Virus record (IMG/VR): IMGVR_UViG_3300027741_000020
Strand: one strand, 5' to 3'
Origin: a virus
DNA length: 64,000 nucleotides
Every line of letters starts with the position of its first letter. Position 1 is the stretch's first letter. This document shows positions 46,946-56,194 of the stretch, piece after piece. A program made the position numbers and the translations under genes. Below the pieces are notes generated by a model. It saw nothing but the letters and a program-made list of their open reading frames with translations. It made no database searches and was not told where the DNA came from.

Positions 46946-47530
46946 ATGCCAGCGGTAAGTAAATCACAACAAAAATTAATGGGAATTGTACATGCTATCC
47001 AAAAAGGAGAAGCAAACCCAAAAGATTTCAGCAAAGGAGCACAAGATATGGCTAAAAATATGAAAAAATCCGATGTTAAAGATTTTGCATCAACAAAGCA
47101 AAAAGGACTTCCTGATAAAAAAGAAAATACGGATAAACTAAAAGAGTATATTCGTAAAATGGTTAGAGAAATGGGTACAACGGGTGCGGTTGATGGATAT
47201 AATACACCATTTGCATTTGGCAAACGTGGCAATGAAAAAGCAAAAGCTAAAAAGCAAGCCGATTTGACTGGGTATACTCCAGTAAATGAAAATCGTTGGT
47301 TAGAACTAAAAAAAGAAGATAGTCCAGCTAACGCCAAAATAAACAAAGGTATCTCAAACATAAATAAACAACTTGCTGAAATGGAAAAGTTTATGGATTG
47401 GTATGGTAGATTGAAGCAAGAGAGTGGTGTTACGAATGAAACTTTTTGGAAAGCAACAAATCGTAACATTTATACGATTAAAGAAAGATTAGTGAGGCTT
47501 GAGCAGAAAATTCGTAAAATATCTGAATAA
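46946..47530 (+). CDS. Probable head-internal protein
   Basis: MPAVSKSQQKLMG...DFASTKQKGLP module; VRE/ and VNE/ linkers. Confidence 0.65.
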   Translation: MPAVSKSQQKLMGIVHAIQKGEANPKDFSKGAQDMAKNMKKSDVKDFASTKQKGLPDKKENTDKLKEYIRKMVREMGTTGAVDGYNTPFAFGKRGNEKAKAKKQADLTGYTPVNENRWLELKKEDSPANAKINKGISNINKQLAEMEKFMDWYGRLKQESGVTNETFWKATNRNIYTIKERLVRLEQKIRKISE

Positions 47531-48147
47531 TGAATTTAACGGAATTAGAAAATATTGTTGAGGAAATTGTAAGAGAAGAGATGGAGTATCAACAGCTCTT
47601 CAAAGCCATGCTAAAGGCAACTGGTAAAAATATTCCTACAATGAGTGATACGGAGAAGAAGAAGTTTTTTAATGCCGTAGATAAAGCATATAAAGCTAAG
47701 ACAGAAGGTAGGCTAACTGGGTATAAAGAAAATATGGATGAAGGTTTCATATCCGGATTAATATCATTAATGACAGTGGCAATAATTGGTAAAGTAATTT
47801 TTTACTATTTTATACAATTAGTAGATAAGGGTATGAAATACTTTTCTTCTGATGATAAAAAATTAGAAGTAGTTGTTAAGAAAATATTAAAAGAGTTATC
47901 GGATAATAAATCGTTCATAGATGATGTTACCAATATGATTAATAAAAACAAAGGAATTGATCAAGTAACAGCCAACAAGATTTTAAAAATGGGATATACT
48001 CAAGACCTAATTAAGAAATATACCGCAAAGGGTGATATTGATAAGAACAAACTTGAGAATGAATTAAAAACCATATTTTTTAAATCTTGGGAAGATTCAA
48101 ATGTTGTATCAACAATAACCGATAAAATTAAAAATGATATTAAATAA
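47530..48147 (+). CDS. Probable head-internal protein with a hydrophobic segment
   Basis: IVRE/, MDE/ linkers; GFISGLISLMTVAIIGKVIFYYF hydrophobic helix. Confidence 0.6.
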   Translation: MNLTELENIVEEIVREEMEYQQLFKAMLKATGKNIPTMSDTEKKKFFNAVDKAYKAKTEGRLTGYKENMDEGFISGLISLMTVAIIGKVIFYYFIQLVDKGMKYFSSDDKKLEVVVKKILKELSDNKSFIDDVTNMINKNKGIDQVTANKILKMGYTQDLIKKYTAKGDIDKNKLENELKTIFFKSWEDSNVVSTITDKIKNDIK

Positions 48148-48737
48148 TGAATAAAGGACTCTTAATAGAAACACATTTATTTGAAGCAAAAATACAAGAG
48201 GAAGATAATGGAACTTTCCTTGTTAAAGGTATCCTACAAAGAGCTGGAGCCCCAAATCAAAATAAACGTAGATATCCAAAGGAAATTCTTAAAAGAGAAT
48301 GTGATAAGTATCAACAACTTATTAAAGAAAGACGTGCTTTGGGAGAACTTGACCATCCAGATTCACCTGTAATCAATCTTAAAAATGTTTCACATAATAT
48401 TAGAGAAATCTATTGGGAAGGCGATGATGTATGTGGTGTAGTAGAAATATTATCAACACCATCTGGAAATATACTAAGAGAACTTCTAAAAAATAATATT
48501 CGTTTAGGAATTAGTAGTAGAGGTTTGGGTTCTGTAAAAGAAATGAACGATGGAACGGTTATGGTTCAGGAAGATTTTGAAATTATAGGTTGGGATTTCG
48601 TTTCAAACCCATCAACGCATGGTGCATTTATGGCGCCAATGAATGAAAGTAAGCAATGGCAGAAAATCGCAGATGAATGTGGTAAATGGTGTCGCTCACA
48701 TGACTTAATGCGAGAAATTCTTATCGAATTAAATTAA
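48147..48737 (+). CDS. gp21: Prohead core protease (gp21-like)
   Basis: NQNKRRYP, ALGELDHP, VSHNI, GISSRGLGS, DFVSNPSTHGAF. Confidence 0.95.
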   Translation: MNKGLLIETHLFEAKIQEEDNGTFLVKGILQRAGAPNQNKRRYPKEILKRECDKYQQLIKERRALGELDHPDSPVINLKNVSHNIREIYWEGDDVCGVVEILSTPSGNILRELLKNNIRLGISSRGLGSVKEMNDGTVMVQEDFEIIGWDFVSNPSTHGAFMAPMNESKQWQKIADECGKWCRSHDLMREILIELN

Positions 48738-48766
48738 TTAATATATTTATACAAAACAATAATAAA

Positions 48767-49132
48767 ATGAAAAAAACAATTTTACAAGAAGTTAAAGCAA
48801 TAAACAAAATTGCAGGAACTAAAATTACAAAGCAACAAGAGATTGCATTAATTAAGGAAAGACTTCAAAACTTAAATGAGGCAACAGGACCATATTACTC
48901 GACAGGATATGAAGCAGGTGGTAATGGCAAGACCGGTAAGTTGGATAAAACAACACCAGAAGGAAAATATATAGCTGCTAAAATAAATCAACTATATACA
49001 TTGATAAATGATAAAAAATTACTTGATTTTACCGAAGGATATGTAAAATCAATGGCAACATCGGTACTAAGATTCGATGGAATAAATAGTGTTCCAAAAG
49101 TATTATTACAAATAAGAGAGAAAAATAAATAA
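48767..49132 (+). CDS. Probable head-internal protein
   Basis: ILQE/ and NLNE/ sites; located in the head operon. Confidence 0.6.
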   Translation: MKKTILQEVKAINKIAGTKITKQQEIALIKERLQNLNEATGPYYSTGYEAGGNGKTGKLDKTTPEGKYIAAKINQLYTLINDKKLLDFTEGYVKSMATSVLRFDGINSVPKVLLQIREKNK

Positions 49133-49136
49133 ATAA

Positions 49137-49823
49137 ATGGCAAAATTAATAAATCTAATACCCGCTAATCAAAAATCACAACAAAAATTAGCAGAATCTT
49201 TTGAAGATCCATTAGAAGGATTTCCTAAAGAGTATAAAGAATTACTTAAAAAACTCCAAAGAAGTAATGATCCAGCTGAAAGAACAATGTTGATAAATAA
49301 GATGAATGTTATTAGAAAAAACATCAAACTTAAACCATTAACAAATGAAGCTTTGGAAGATATGGAAGTATCTTTGCCGTCTACTATGGAAAGATTTTTG
49401 AATAAAACCATTGATATAATTAAATCTTATAAGCTTCCTAGAAAAAAAGAACAACTTGTAATAGCAAAGATGGTCGATGCATTAGGAATGAGTCCAAATG
49501 AATTAACTCAAGTTGTATCTAAATTAAAAAAATACGATATTGTTCATAAGGAAGATATTGAAAACAATGACCACAATTATATGGGTGAAACCGTTAATAA
49601 ATCTACAATAAAAGATTTTCTTAAAGATTTTAACAATAATCCTGATATTTTATCATCAGGGGCTCGTGAAGCAAATGGATATATTACTATATATTTAGAT
49701 GGCAAAGATGTGCATGATGAATTTCTAGCAACACTTAAATTAGCAAAAACTAAGTATAAAGATAAACTAAAAAGAATTAACTCTGGAGCTGAAGATATAT
49801 TGAAGTTTAAAGTTATAAAGTAA
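49137..49823 (+). CDS. Probable head-internal protein
   Basis: MAKLINLIP leader; KLAE/ and LTNE/ sites. Confidence 0.6.
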   Translation: MAKLINLIPANQKSQQKLAESFEDPLEGFPKEYKELLKKLQRSNDPAERTMLINKMNVIRKNIKLKPLTNEALEDMEVSLPSTMERFLNKTIDIIKSYKLPRKKEQLVIAKMVDALGMSPNELTQVVSKLKKYDIVHKEDIENNDHNYMGETVNKSTIKDFLKDFNNNPDILSSGAREANGYITIYLDGKDVHDEFLATLKLAKTKYKDKLKRINSGAEDILKFKVIK

Positions 49824-49887
49824 TCATTTGGTAGTAAGAATTAGATGATTTAATTAAAAACCACTTGGATACTAAAAAAGATAAATA

Positions 49888-50376
49888 ATGATACGTTTAA
49901 AAGATATACTAAAAGAAACCGAAGAATACCAACAAATGCCAAAAGAATTAAAAAAGCATTTTTTGGAAATTATATCTACATATGGGCATCATAGAGAGGG
50001 TATGAATCGAAAATCGGATATTCGTAGTATAGCAGAGACACTGGGTGCAATCGCTGATGCGGCTCAGGAGTACACTCTACATGAAGCAGGTGATTGGTTT
50101 GATAGGGTTACAATTAAACGTAATATGGGCGAGCTAAAGAACTTACAAAAGAAATTTGAGAAAGAGGCAATTGAAGCAAAAAGCCAAGAGGAAAGACTTG
50201 AGGCACTTTACGAAGATATGGGACATGTTTTAGGACGTTACTTTGAAATCGCAGAAATAAGTGAGCAAGAAATGCAACAAAGACTTGGACTTAAAGGTAA
50301 TCAGAGTAAAATTGATATGAATAAGAACGGAAAGATTGACTCACAAGATTTTAAAATATTGAGAAAACAAAAATAA
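49888..50376 (+). CDS. Probable head-internal protein with C-terminal EF-hand-like loop
   Basis: MIRLKDILKE leader; DMNKNGKIDSQDF at 50314-50352. Confidence 0.6.
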   Translation: MIRLKDILKETEEYQQMPKELKKHFLEIISTYGHHREGMNRKSDIRSIAETLGAIADAAQEYTLHEAGDWFDRVTIKRNMGELKNLQKKFEKEAIEAKSQEERLEALYEDMGHVLGRYFEIAEISEQEMQQRLGLKGNQSKIDMNKNGKIDSQDFKILRKQK

Positions 50377-50381
50377 ATAAA

Positions 50382-50753
50382 ATGGAACAATTAGCATCAT
50401 TATTTTTTCACAGCAGAACACAAGCGCATGTATTCCACTTAGGAGTTAAAGGACCTGGAGCATATGCAGCACATGTGGCATTACAAGCGTACTATGACGA
50501 AATAATAGGATTAGTAGATGGATTAGTAGAATCGTATCAGGGCAAATACGGACTTATTAAATTTCAACCAGTTAATGGTTTAGATACTAATTGTGATATT
50601 GAAAATATAATTAAGTATTTTGAAAAATTATGTGGAGCACTTGAAAAGATAAGAACCGATAAAAAATTACAAGATACTTGGATTCAAAATCAAATAGACA
50701 ACATTTCGGAATTATTATATTCAACAAAATATAAGTTAGTAAATTTACAATAA
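50382..50753 (+). CDS. Ferritin/Dps-like four-helix protein (DUF5856-like)
   Basis: HSRTQAHVFH...AHVALQAYYDEIIGLVDGLVESYQG...NQIDNI...YKL. Confidence 0.6.
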   Translation: MEQLASLFFHSRTQAHVFHLGVKGPGAYAAHVALQAYYDEIIGLVDGLVESYQGKYGLIKFQPVNGLDTNCDIENIIKYFEKLCGALEKIRTDKKLQDTWIQNQIDNISELLYSTKYKLVNLQ

Positions 50754-50769
50754 GATACACCCTACATAT

Positions 50770-50820
50770 AAATTAAAAGCTTAGAAATAATACCAATTTT
50801 TAAGCTTTTAATTTATTTTT
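50770..50820 (+). terminator. Long inverted repeat / terminator
   Basis: aaattaaaagctta (50770-50783) / taagcttttaattt (50801-50814), T-rich tail. Confidence 0.65.
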
Positions 50821-50838
50821 TTATATATATTATCAAAT

Positions 50839-50956
50839 ATCCCATCTCATATGGGATTATATTTTTTAGACATAGTTGATTAATGAATACCCTTCCCTAT
50901 AAGGTGTGACCGAACAATCAACATAATTACATTGGAGTTCCTACACTAATAACTTC
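50839..50956 (+). ncRNA. Putative structured 5' leader of the scaffold-capsid operon
   Basis: Stems atcccat/atgggat, gttgatt/aatcaac enclosing cctt/aagg, and ggagtt/aacttc. Confidence 0.35.
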
Positions 50957-50979
50957 ACAAACAAATTTAAGTAAAAAAA

Positions 50980-52203
50980 ATGGCAAATTCAAAATTATTG
51001 AAAGAAGCAATCGCTGATGCCAAAGCCGTTAAAGAAACTGCTTTAGCAAACGCAAAACTCGCTCTTGAAGAAGCATTTACTCCAAGACTACAATCTATCT
51101 TATCTCAAAAGATGAGACAAGAAGCAGAAATGGAAGATGATGACACTGAACAAGTAGATGAGGAATTAGATTCATCTGACATTGGAACAAAGGTAGGTCA
51201 AGACAAAGCTGATACTCCTGCAAAACAACCAACATTAGATGCTGATACTGAATTAGCACCGGGTATGAAAAAATCCACTGCTAAAAGAGGTCTTGAAGAT
51301 CCAAACAGAACAATCGTAGACACTCTCATGGAAGATGAAATGGGAATGGAAGATGAAAAGGATCAAGAAATCGCTGAATTACGTGCTCGTTTAGCAGAGC
51401 TTGAAGGAGATGATGAAACTCCTGAAGGCGATGAAAATTATGGCATGGAAGATGAAGGCGATGATATGGGTATGGATTCTGACGAAGACGGTGAAGATTA
51501 TGATGTTACCGGCGACGAAGATGAGGATACCGAAGAAGATGACATGGACTTAGAATCTATCATTCGTGAATTAGAAGCTCAACTTGGAGACGAGGAAGGC
51601 GATAAAGAAGAAGAAGATGAAAGTTCAATGTATGAGGATTATGCAGACGGTTCTGATGCCGGAACTGATAAATCCGAAGATCCTAAAGTAGTAACAAACG
51701 AAGATGAAGAAGAAAAGGATGATGTAATCGACTTAGAAGAAATTCTTCGTGAAATGGAAGCTGACTTAAAAGATGAAGAGGAAATGAAAAACCCAGCTGA
51801 AGCTGAAAAAGATGGAGCTCTTACAGCTGAGTTAAAACAAGCTTACAGCACAATCAAATCGTTACAAGGAACAATCAATGAAGTTAATTTACTTAACGCT
51901 AAATTATTGTTCGCAAACAAATTATTCAGAGCACATAACATGACTAACGAACAAAAAGTTAAAGTTATCGAAACTTTGGATAGAACAAAATCGGTTAGAG
52001 AAGTTAAATTGGTTTACTCTACATTAGCAGAGAATTTCAAATATGTACCATCTAACAAAACTGTTAAAAAAGCAATCTCTGAAGGATTCGCAGCTAGCAA
52101 AATAGTTAAATCAACTAAACCAGCTGTAGCACAAAAACAAGTAATAAATGAAAGTGCTGTGATTTCTGATAGATTTAAAAAATTAGCAGGTATTATTAAA
52201 TAA
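50980..52203 (+). CDS. gp22: Prohead scaffold protein (gp22-like)
   Basis: LLKEAIADAKAVKETALANAK, very acidic middle, LNAKLLFANKLF; directly before the capsid gene. Confidence 0.8.
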   Translation: MANSKLLKEAIADAKAVKETALANAKLALEEAFTPRLQSILSQKMRQEAEMEDDDTEQVDEELDSSDIGTKVGQDKADTPAKQPTLDADTELAPGMKKSTAKRGLEDPNRTIVDTLMEDEMGMEDEKDQEIAELRARLAELEGDDETPEGDENYGMEDEGDDMGMDSDEDGEDYDVTGDEDEDTEEDDMDLESIIRELEAQLGDEEGDKEEEDESSMYEDYADGSDAGTDKSEDPKVVTNEDEEEKDDVIDLEEILREMEADLKDEEEMKNPAEAEKDGALTAELKQAYSTIKSLQGTINEVNLLNAKLLFANKLFRAHNMTNEQKVKVIETLDRTKSVREVKLVYSTLAENFKYVPSNKTVKKAISEGFAASKIVKSTKPAVAQKQVINESAVISDRFKKLAGIIK

Positions 52204-52225
52204 TCAAAATAAAAATTAAATTAAA

Positions 52226-53860
52226 ATGAACTTAACAAAATTAATGACAGGTGCTAACCCACAAAGCATTATGCTTGAACAAACTAGAGGTTTGAAAGCA
52301 AAGTGGGAAAGAACTGGTTTACTTGAAGGAGTAGGCGCAGAATCAACTAAGCATGGTATGGCAGTAATGCTTGAAAACCAAGCTAAACAATTACTTGATG
52401 AGGCTACCCGTACAGGTACAGCAGCAGGTTCAGAAGAATGGGCAGGTGTAGCTCTTCCGTTAGTAAGACGTATCTTTGGTAGCATTGCTGCAAAAGAGTT
52501 CGTTTCAGTACAACCGATGAACTTACCTTCTGGTCTTATTTTCTATATGGATTTCAAATATAGTACAGCAACAGCACAAAACCAACCAGCTTCTGGTTCT
52601 TCTTTGTATGGTGCAGGCGGTGCATTTGGACAAGATTCATTAAACGCATCTGGTAACAAACTTGGATCAACACAAGATACAACTGGTGGTTTATATGGAG
52701 CTGGTCGTTTTGGATATACTGTTAATGACCAAACTACAACAGGTATTACGGCTACATTATTGACTGCATCTTTAGCAGATATTGCGTTTGATTTAACAAA
52801 CACAACTTTATCTTCTTCTGTAGCAGCAGGTACGGCTAGAAAAATGACTGTATTAACAAGTACTTTAACTAATCCAGACCTTAATGCTGTTAGAACATTC
52901 TCAATATCTGGTTCAGGTACAAACTTTGCATACTATCCGCAGTTTACCGCAACTAGTGGTTCAGGCGCTGGTACGGCTATCGTTTTCCTTGCAACAGGTG
53001 TAACTGCAACTGGTACGCAAACTGTAGGTGTATCTTTCAATGCACAACCTACCGCTGCAAACCGTGGTGATTTTGAAGATAGAACAGGCGCTGATATTGT
53101 TATTCCAGAAATTGAATTGGAATTAAAATCAGAACCAATCGTTGCTAAAACTCGTAAGTTAAAAGCAATTTGGACTCCTGAACTTGCACAAGATTTGAAC
53201 GCATATCACTCAATTGACGCTGAAGCTGAATTAACTCAAATGTTAAGTGAGTACATCTCTTTGGAAATCGACTTAGAAATCCTTGAAATGTTACAATTAA
53301 ACGCTTTAACAGTTGATTATTGGTCTGCTCGTGTTGGATACGATTACAACTCTTCTACCACCTCTTTCGCAGTTGATACTAACGCAGTTCAAGCATCGGC
53401 TTATAACAAATCAACATGGTTCCAGACTTTGGGTATTAAATTACAAAAAGTTTCTAACAAAATTCACCAATTAACAATGCGTGGTGGAGCAAACTTCATA
53501 GTTGCATCTCCAAACGTATGTACAATTCTTGAATCAATGAACGGATTTGCATCTAACCCTGGTAAAGATGCTCTTCAATTCGCAGCAGGTGTATCACAAA
53601 TTGGTGCAATCTCTAATCGTTTTGATGTTTATAAGAACCCGTATATGACGGAAAACGTTATCTTATTAGGCTTTAAAGGAAGTAACTTCTTTGAAACAGG
53701 TGCTGTATATGCTCCATATGTTCCATTGATTATGACTCCTTTAGTGTACGACCCAACTAACTTCACTCCTAGACGTGGAGTTATGACTCGTTACGCTAAG
53801 AAGATAGTTAGACCCGAATTTTACGGTAAAATCGTAATCGAAGGTTTGAACACTCTTTAA
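52226..53860 (+). CDS. gp23: Major capsid protein (gp23-like)
   Basis: ALPLVRR, VSVQPMNLPSGLIF, AKTRKLKAIWTPELAQDLNAYH, YAPYVPL, FTPRRGVMTRY. Confidence 0.98.
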   Translation: MNLTKLMTGANPQSIMLEQTRGLKAKWERTGLLEGVGAESTKHGMAVMLENQAKQLLDEATRTGTAAGSEEWAGVALPLVRRIFGSIAAKEFVSVQPMNLPSGLIFYMDFKYSTATAQNQPASGSSLYGAGGAFGQDSLNASGNKLGSTQDTTGGLYGAGRFGYTVNDQTTTGITATLLTASLADIAFDLTNTTLSSSVAAGTARKMTVLTSTLTNPDLNAVRTFSISGSGTNFAYYPQFTATSGSGAGTAIVFLATGVTATGTQTVGVSFNAQPTAANRGDFEDRTGADIVIPEIELELKSEPIVAKTRKLKAIWTPELAQDLNAYHSIDAEAELTQMLSEYISLEIDLEILEMLQLNALTVDYWSARVGYDYNSSTTSFAVDTNAVQASAYNKSTWFQTLGIKLQKVSNKIHQLTMRGGANFIVASPNVCTILESMNGFASNPGKDALQFAAGVSQIGAISNRFDVYKNPYMTENVILLGFKGSNFFETGAVYAPYVPLIMTPLVYDPTNFTPRRGVMTRYAKKIVRPEFYGKIVIEGLNTL

Positions 53861-53884
53861 TAGTATTTAGAGTATTATAAGTAG

Positions 53885-53913
53885 AAGGGAGAAGAAATTC
53901 TCCCTTTTATTTT
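53885..53913 (+). terminator. Intrinsic terminator after capsid gene
   Basis: aagggagaa / GAAA tetraloop / ttctccctt, then T-run. Confidence 0.85.
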
Positions 53914-53941
53914 GCCTTTTCCATAAAATTCCGTATATTTA
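53911..53941 (+). promoter_or_regulatory. Bacteroidota-type promoter variant for the GIY-YIG gene
   Basis: TTTG 53911-53914, 19-nt spacer, TATATTTA 53934-53941. Confidence 0.55.
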
Positions 53942-53955
53942 TATAAAATAGTTTT

Positions 53956-54513
53956 ATGGATATTATATACAAACTCACATCGCCAAAAGGTAAAGTTTAC
54001 ATTGGTAGGACGAATGATTTTCAAACAAGATTGAATCAACATAAGCATAATGCTATGATTAATAGAAAATCAAATTCTTTATATAGAGCAATTCGTAAAT
54101 ATGGTTGGGATAATTTTAAAAAAGAAATACTATGCGAAGTTGATGCCGATATTTCTCAAAAAATAGAAGAAGAATTGATAATCGCATATAATTCAGTAAA
54201 AACTGGGTATAATGATACATACGCCGGTGGGGGTGGTAATTTATGGAAAGATAGAAAAGATACGAATGAGTATACGGAATTTGTTGAAAAAATGAAAAAA
54301 ATAAATCAATCAAATAGAATGCATGGCAAAACTCATTCAGATAATACAAAGGAACTACAAAAAGAAAAAGCAAAGGGTAGATACTCATTAGATTGGTTTA
54401 TAGATAGGAATGGCGATACCGAAGGAACCCGATTATACGAAGAAAGGCGCCAGTGGTTAAAGAACAGAAACTTATTAAAAGATGCTAATGGAAGATTTAT
54501 AAGTAGTTCTTAA
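53956..54513 (+). mobile_element. Free-standing GIY-YIG homing endonuclease (Seg-like) with NUMOD3-like motif
   Basis: IIYKLTS..GKVYIGRT...RLNQH, LYRAIRKYG, EEELI...GYN, MHGKTHSDNTK. Confidence 0.88.
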
Positions 54514-54560
54514 TAATTTTTATATTTATAAGAGAATAATAATCATAATTCTCAAATTAT

Positions 54561-55736
54561 ATGTCTTTAAACTTAAAATGGCCTGGAAGTGGTTCTGCTA
54601 TATTTGGCAATACTCCATTTGCACTATACGATGATGACTCTGATTTTCAAAATGAAGGACCAAGAATGGCAGTATGGTGTGCCAAGCGATTAGGATATCC
54701 GATTATTGATGTCGAATTAATAGATGAACAATTCTATGCATGCTTTGAAGAAGCAGTATCGGAGTATTCGGCACAGGTAAATCAGTTTAATATCCGAAAC
54801 AATCTTGATAAACTAATAGGTAGAAAATCTGGAACAAATTATACTCAAAAATTAGTTGAAGGCTCGGCGATAGTATCTGCGTTTCGTATGTCGCAAGCAT
54901 ATGGTACATTGGTCGGTGCTGGTGGCCCAACGGATTATAAAAAAGCTTATATAAAATTACAACCATCTGTACAAACTTATGATTTAACACAAACAACATT
55001 TGATGCCACTACCAACGAACCACTCGATGCTGATATTATTAGGGATGTTGTTAAGGTGTATTATGATGCACCACCCGCTATTACTCGTTTCTTTGACCCA
55101 TATTCAGTCGGTGCACAAGGTACGTTAAACCTAATTAGTGAGTTGGGATTTGGTAACTATTCGCCCGCTGCACAATTCTTAATGATGCCACTTTATGAAG
55201 ATGTATTAAGAATGCAACAAATTGAATTTAATGATACAATTCGTAAATCGGCATATACATTTAATATAGTAAATAATACAATTACGGTATTTCCAGTTCC
55301 ATCAAAAATGTCGCCATCATTAACACGACTTTATTTTGACTATTTTGAAAGAGAAAGTTTTGAAAATAACTCTACAATTGTAAAAGGAAGTGTGGTATCC
55401 GATTATTCCGATATTAAATACGACTTTATTCAATATGCTAATATAAATGATGTTGGAAGACAATGGATACGAAAATATACATTAGCATTATCAAAAGAAT
55501 TACTTGGTGCAATTAGAGAAAAGTATAATGAAATCCCAGTACCAGATGCAACTATTTCATTAGATGGTGCAGCTTTAAGAAGTGAGGCTCAAGTTGAGAA
55601 AGATAACTTAGTGACACAATTAAGAGAAAACCTTGAAGAGTTGACGAGAGCAAAGCAATTGGAAAACAGAAAAAATGAAGTAGAAGTACATCAAGAAATG
55701 TTAAAAGCAATACCACTTAAAATATATGTAGGATAA
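54561..55736 (+). CDS. gp13: Neck protein gp13-like
   Basis: RLGYPIIDVELIDEQF...EEAV, WIRKYTLALSK, ISLDGAAL. Confidence 0.85.
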   Translation: MSLNLKWPGSGSAIFGNTPFALYDDDSDFQNEGPRMAVWCAKRLGYPIIDVELIDEQFYACFEEAVSEYSAQVNQFNIRNNLDKLIGRKSGTNYTQKLVEGSAIVSAFRMSQAYGTLVGAGGPTDYKKAYIKLQPSVQTYDLTQTTFDATTNEPLDADIIRDVVKVYYDAPPAITRFFDPYSVGAQGTLNLISELGFGNYSPAAQFLMMPLYEDVLRMQQIEFNDTIRKSAYTFNIVNNTITVFPVPSKMSPSLTRLYFDYFERESFENNSTIVKGSVVSDYSDIKYDFIQYANINDVGRQWIRKYTLALSKELLGAIREKYNEIPVPDATISLDGAALRSEAQVEKDNLVTQLRENLEELTRAKQLENRKNEVEVHQEMLKAIPLKIYVG

Positions 55737-55737
55737 T

Positions 55738-56193
55738 ATGCCAAAATTTATATCAAATCGAGATGTTGCATTTTTTAAAGGTATAGCTAGAGAAGTAGTC
55801 GATGCCGTAGTACAAAATGCTATTGTATTATATAAAGTAAATTTAACAGAAACACGCGTAAATTTATATGGCGAGTCTATGAATAAGACATGGCATAAGG
55901 GTGTACAACTATATGCATTAATAAATAAAGACCCCGAATCTGCAAGATACGAAGGGTTTGGCCCAGAAACTGATCAGAATATAGAGTTCCGATTGGATAG
56001 ATGGATGTGTGAAGAAAAGAATACATATCCTGAAATTGGTGATGTTATATTTTTTAATGAGGCATATTTTGAAATTGATAATACAACTGAAATACAATAT
56101 AGTGGTGGATTGCCAGAATTTAGTTTCAGTATCGTTTGTCAAACATTTATGGTTTCTAAATCTAATCTTAATATAGAAGCAAGAATAAACTAA
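55738..56193 (+). CDS. gp14: Neck/head-completion protein gp14-like
   Basis: Position between gp13 and gp15; YPEIGDVIFFNEAYFEI. Confidence 0.65.
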   Translation: MPKFISNRDVAFFKGIAREVVDAVVQNAIVLYKVNLTETRVNLYGESMNKTWHKGVQLYALINKDPESARYEGFGPETDQNIEFRLDRWMCEEKNTYPEIGDVIFFNEAYFEIDNTTEIQYSGGLPEFSFSIVCQTFMVSKSNLNIEARIN

Positions 56194-56194
56194 T

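Noticed and set aside
53956-54513. Group I intron hosting the GIY-YIG
   Set aside because: The capsid gene ends intact with a terminator and gp13 starts intact, so no exon is interrupted.
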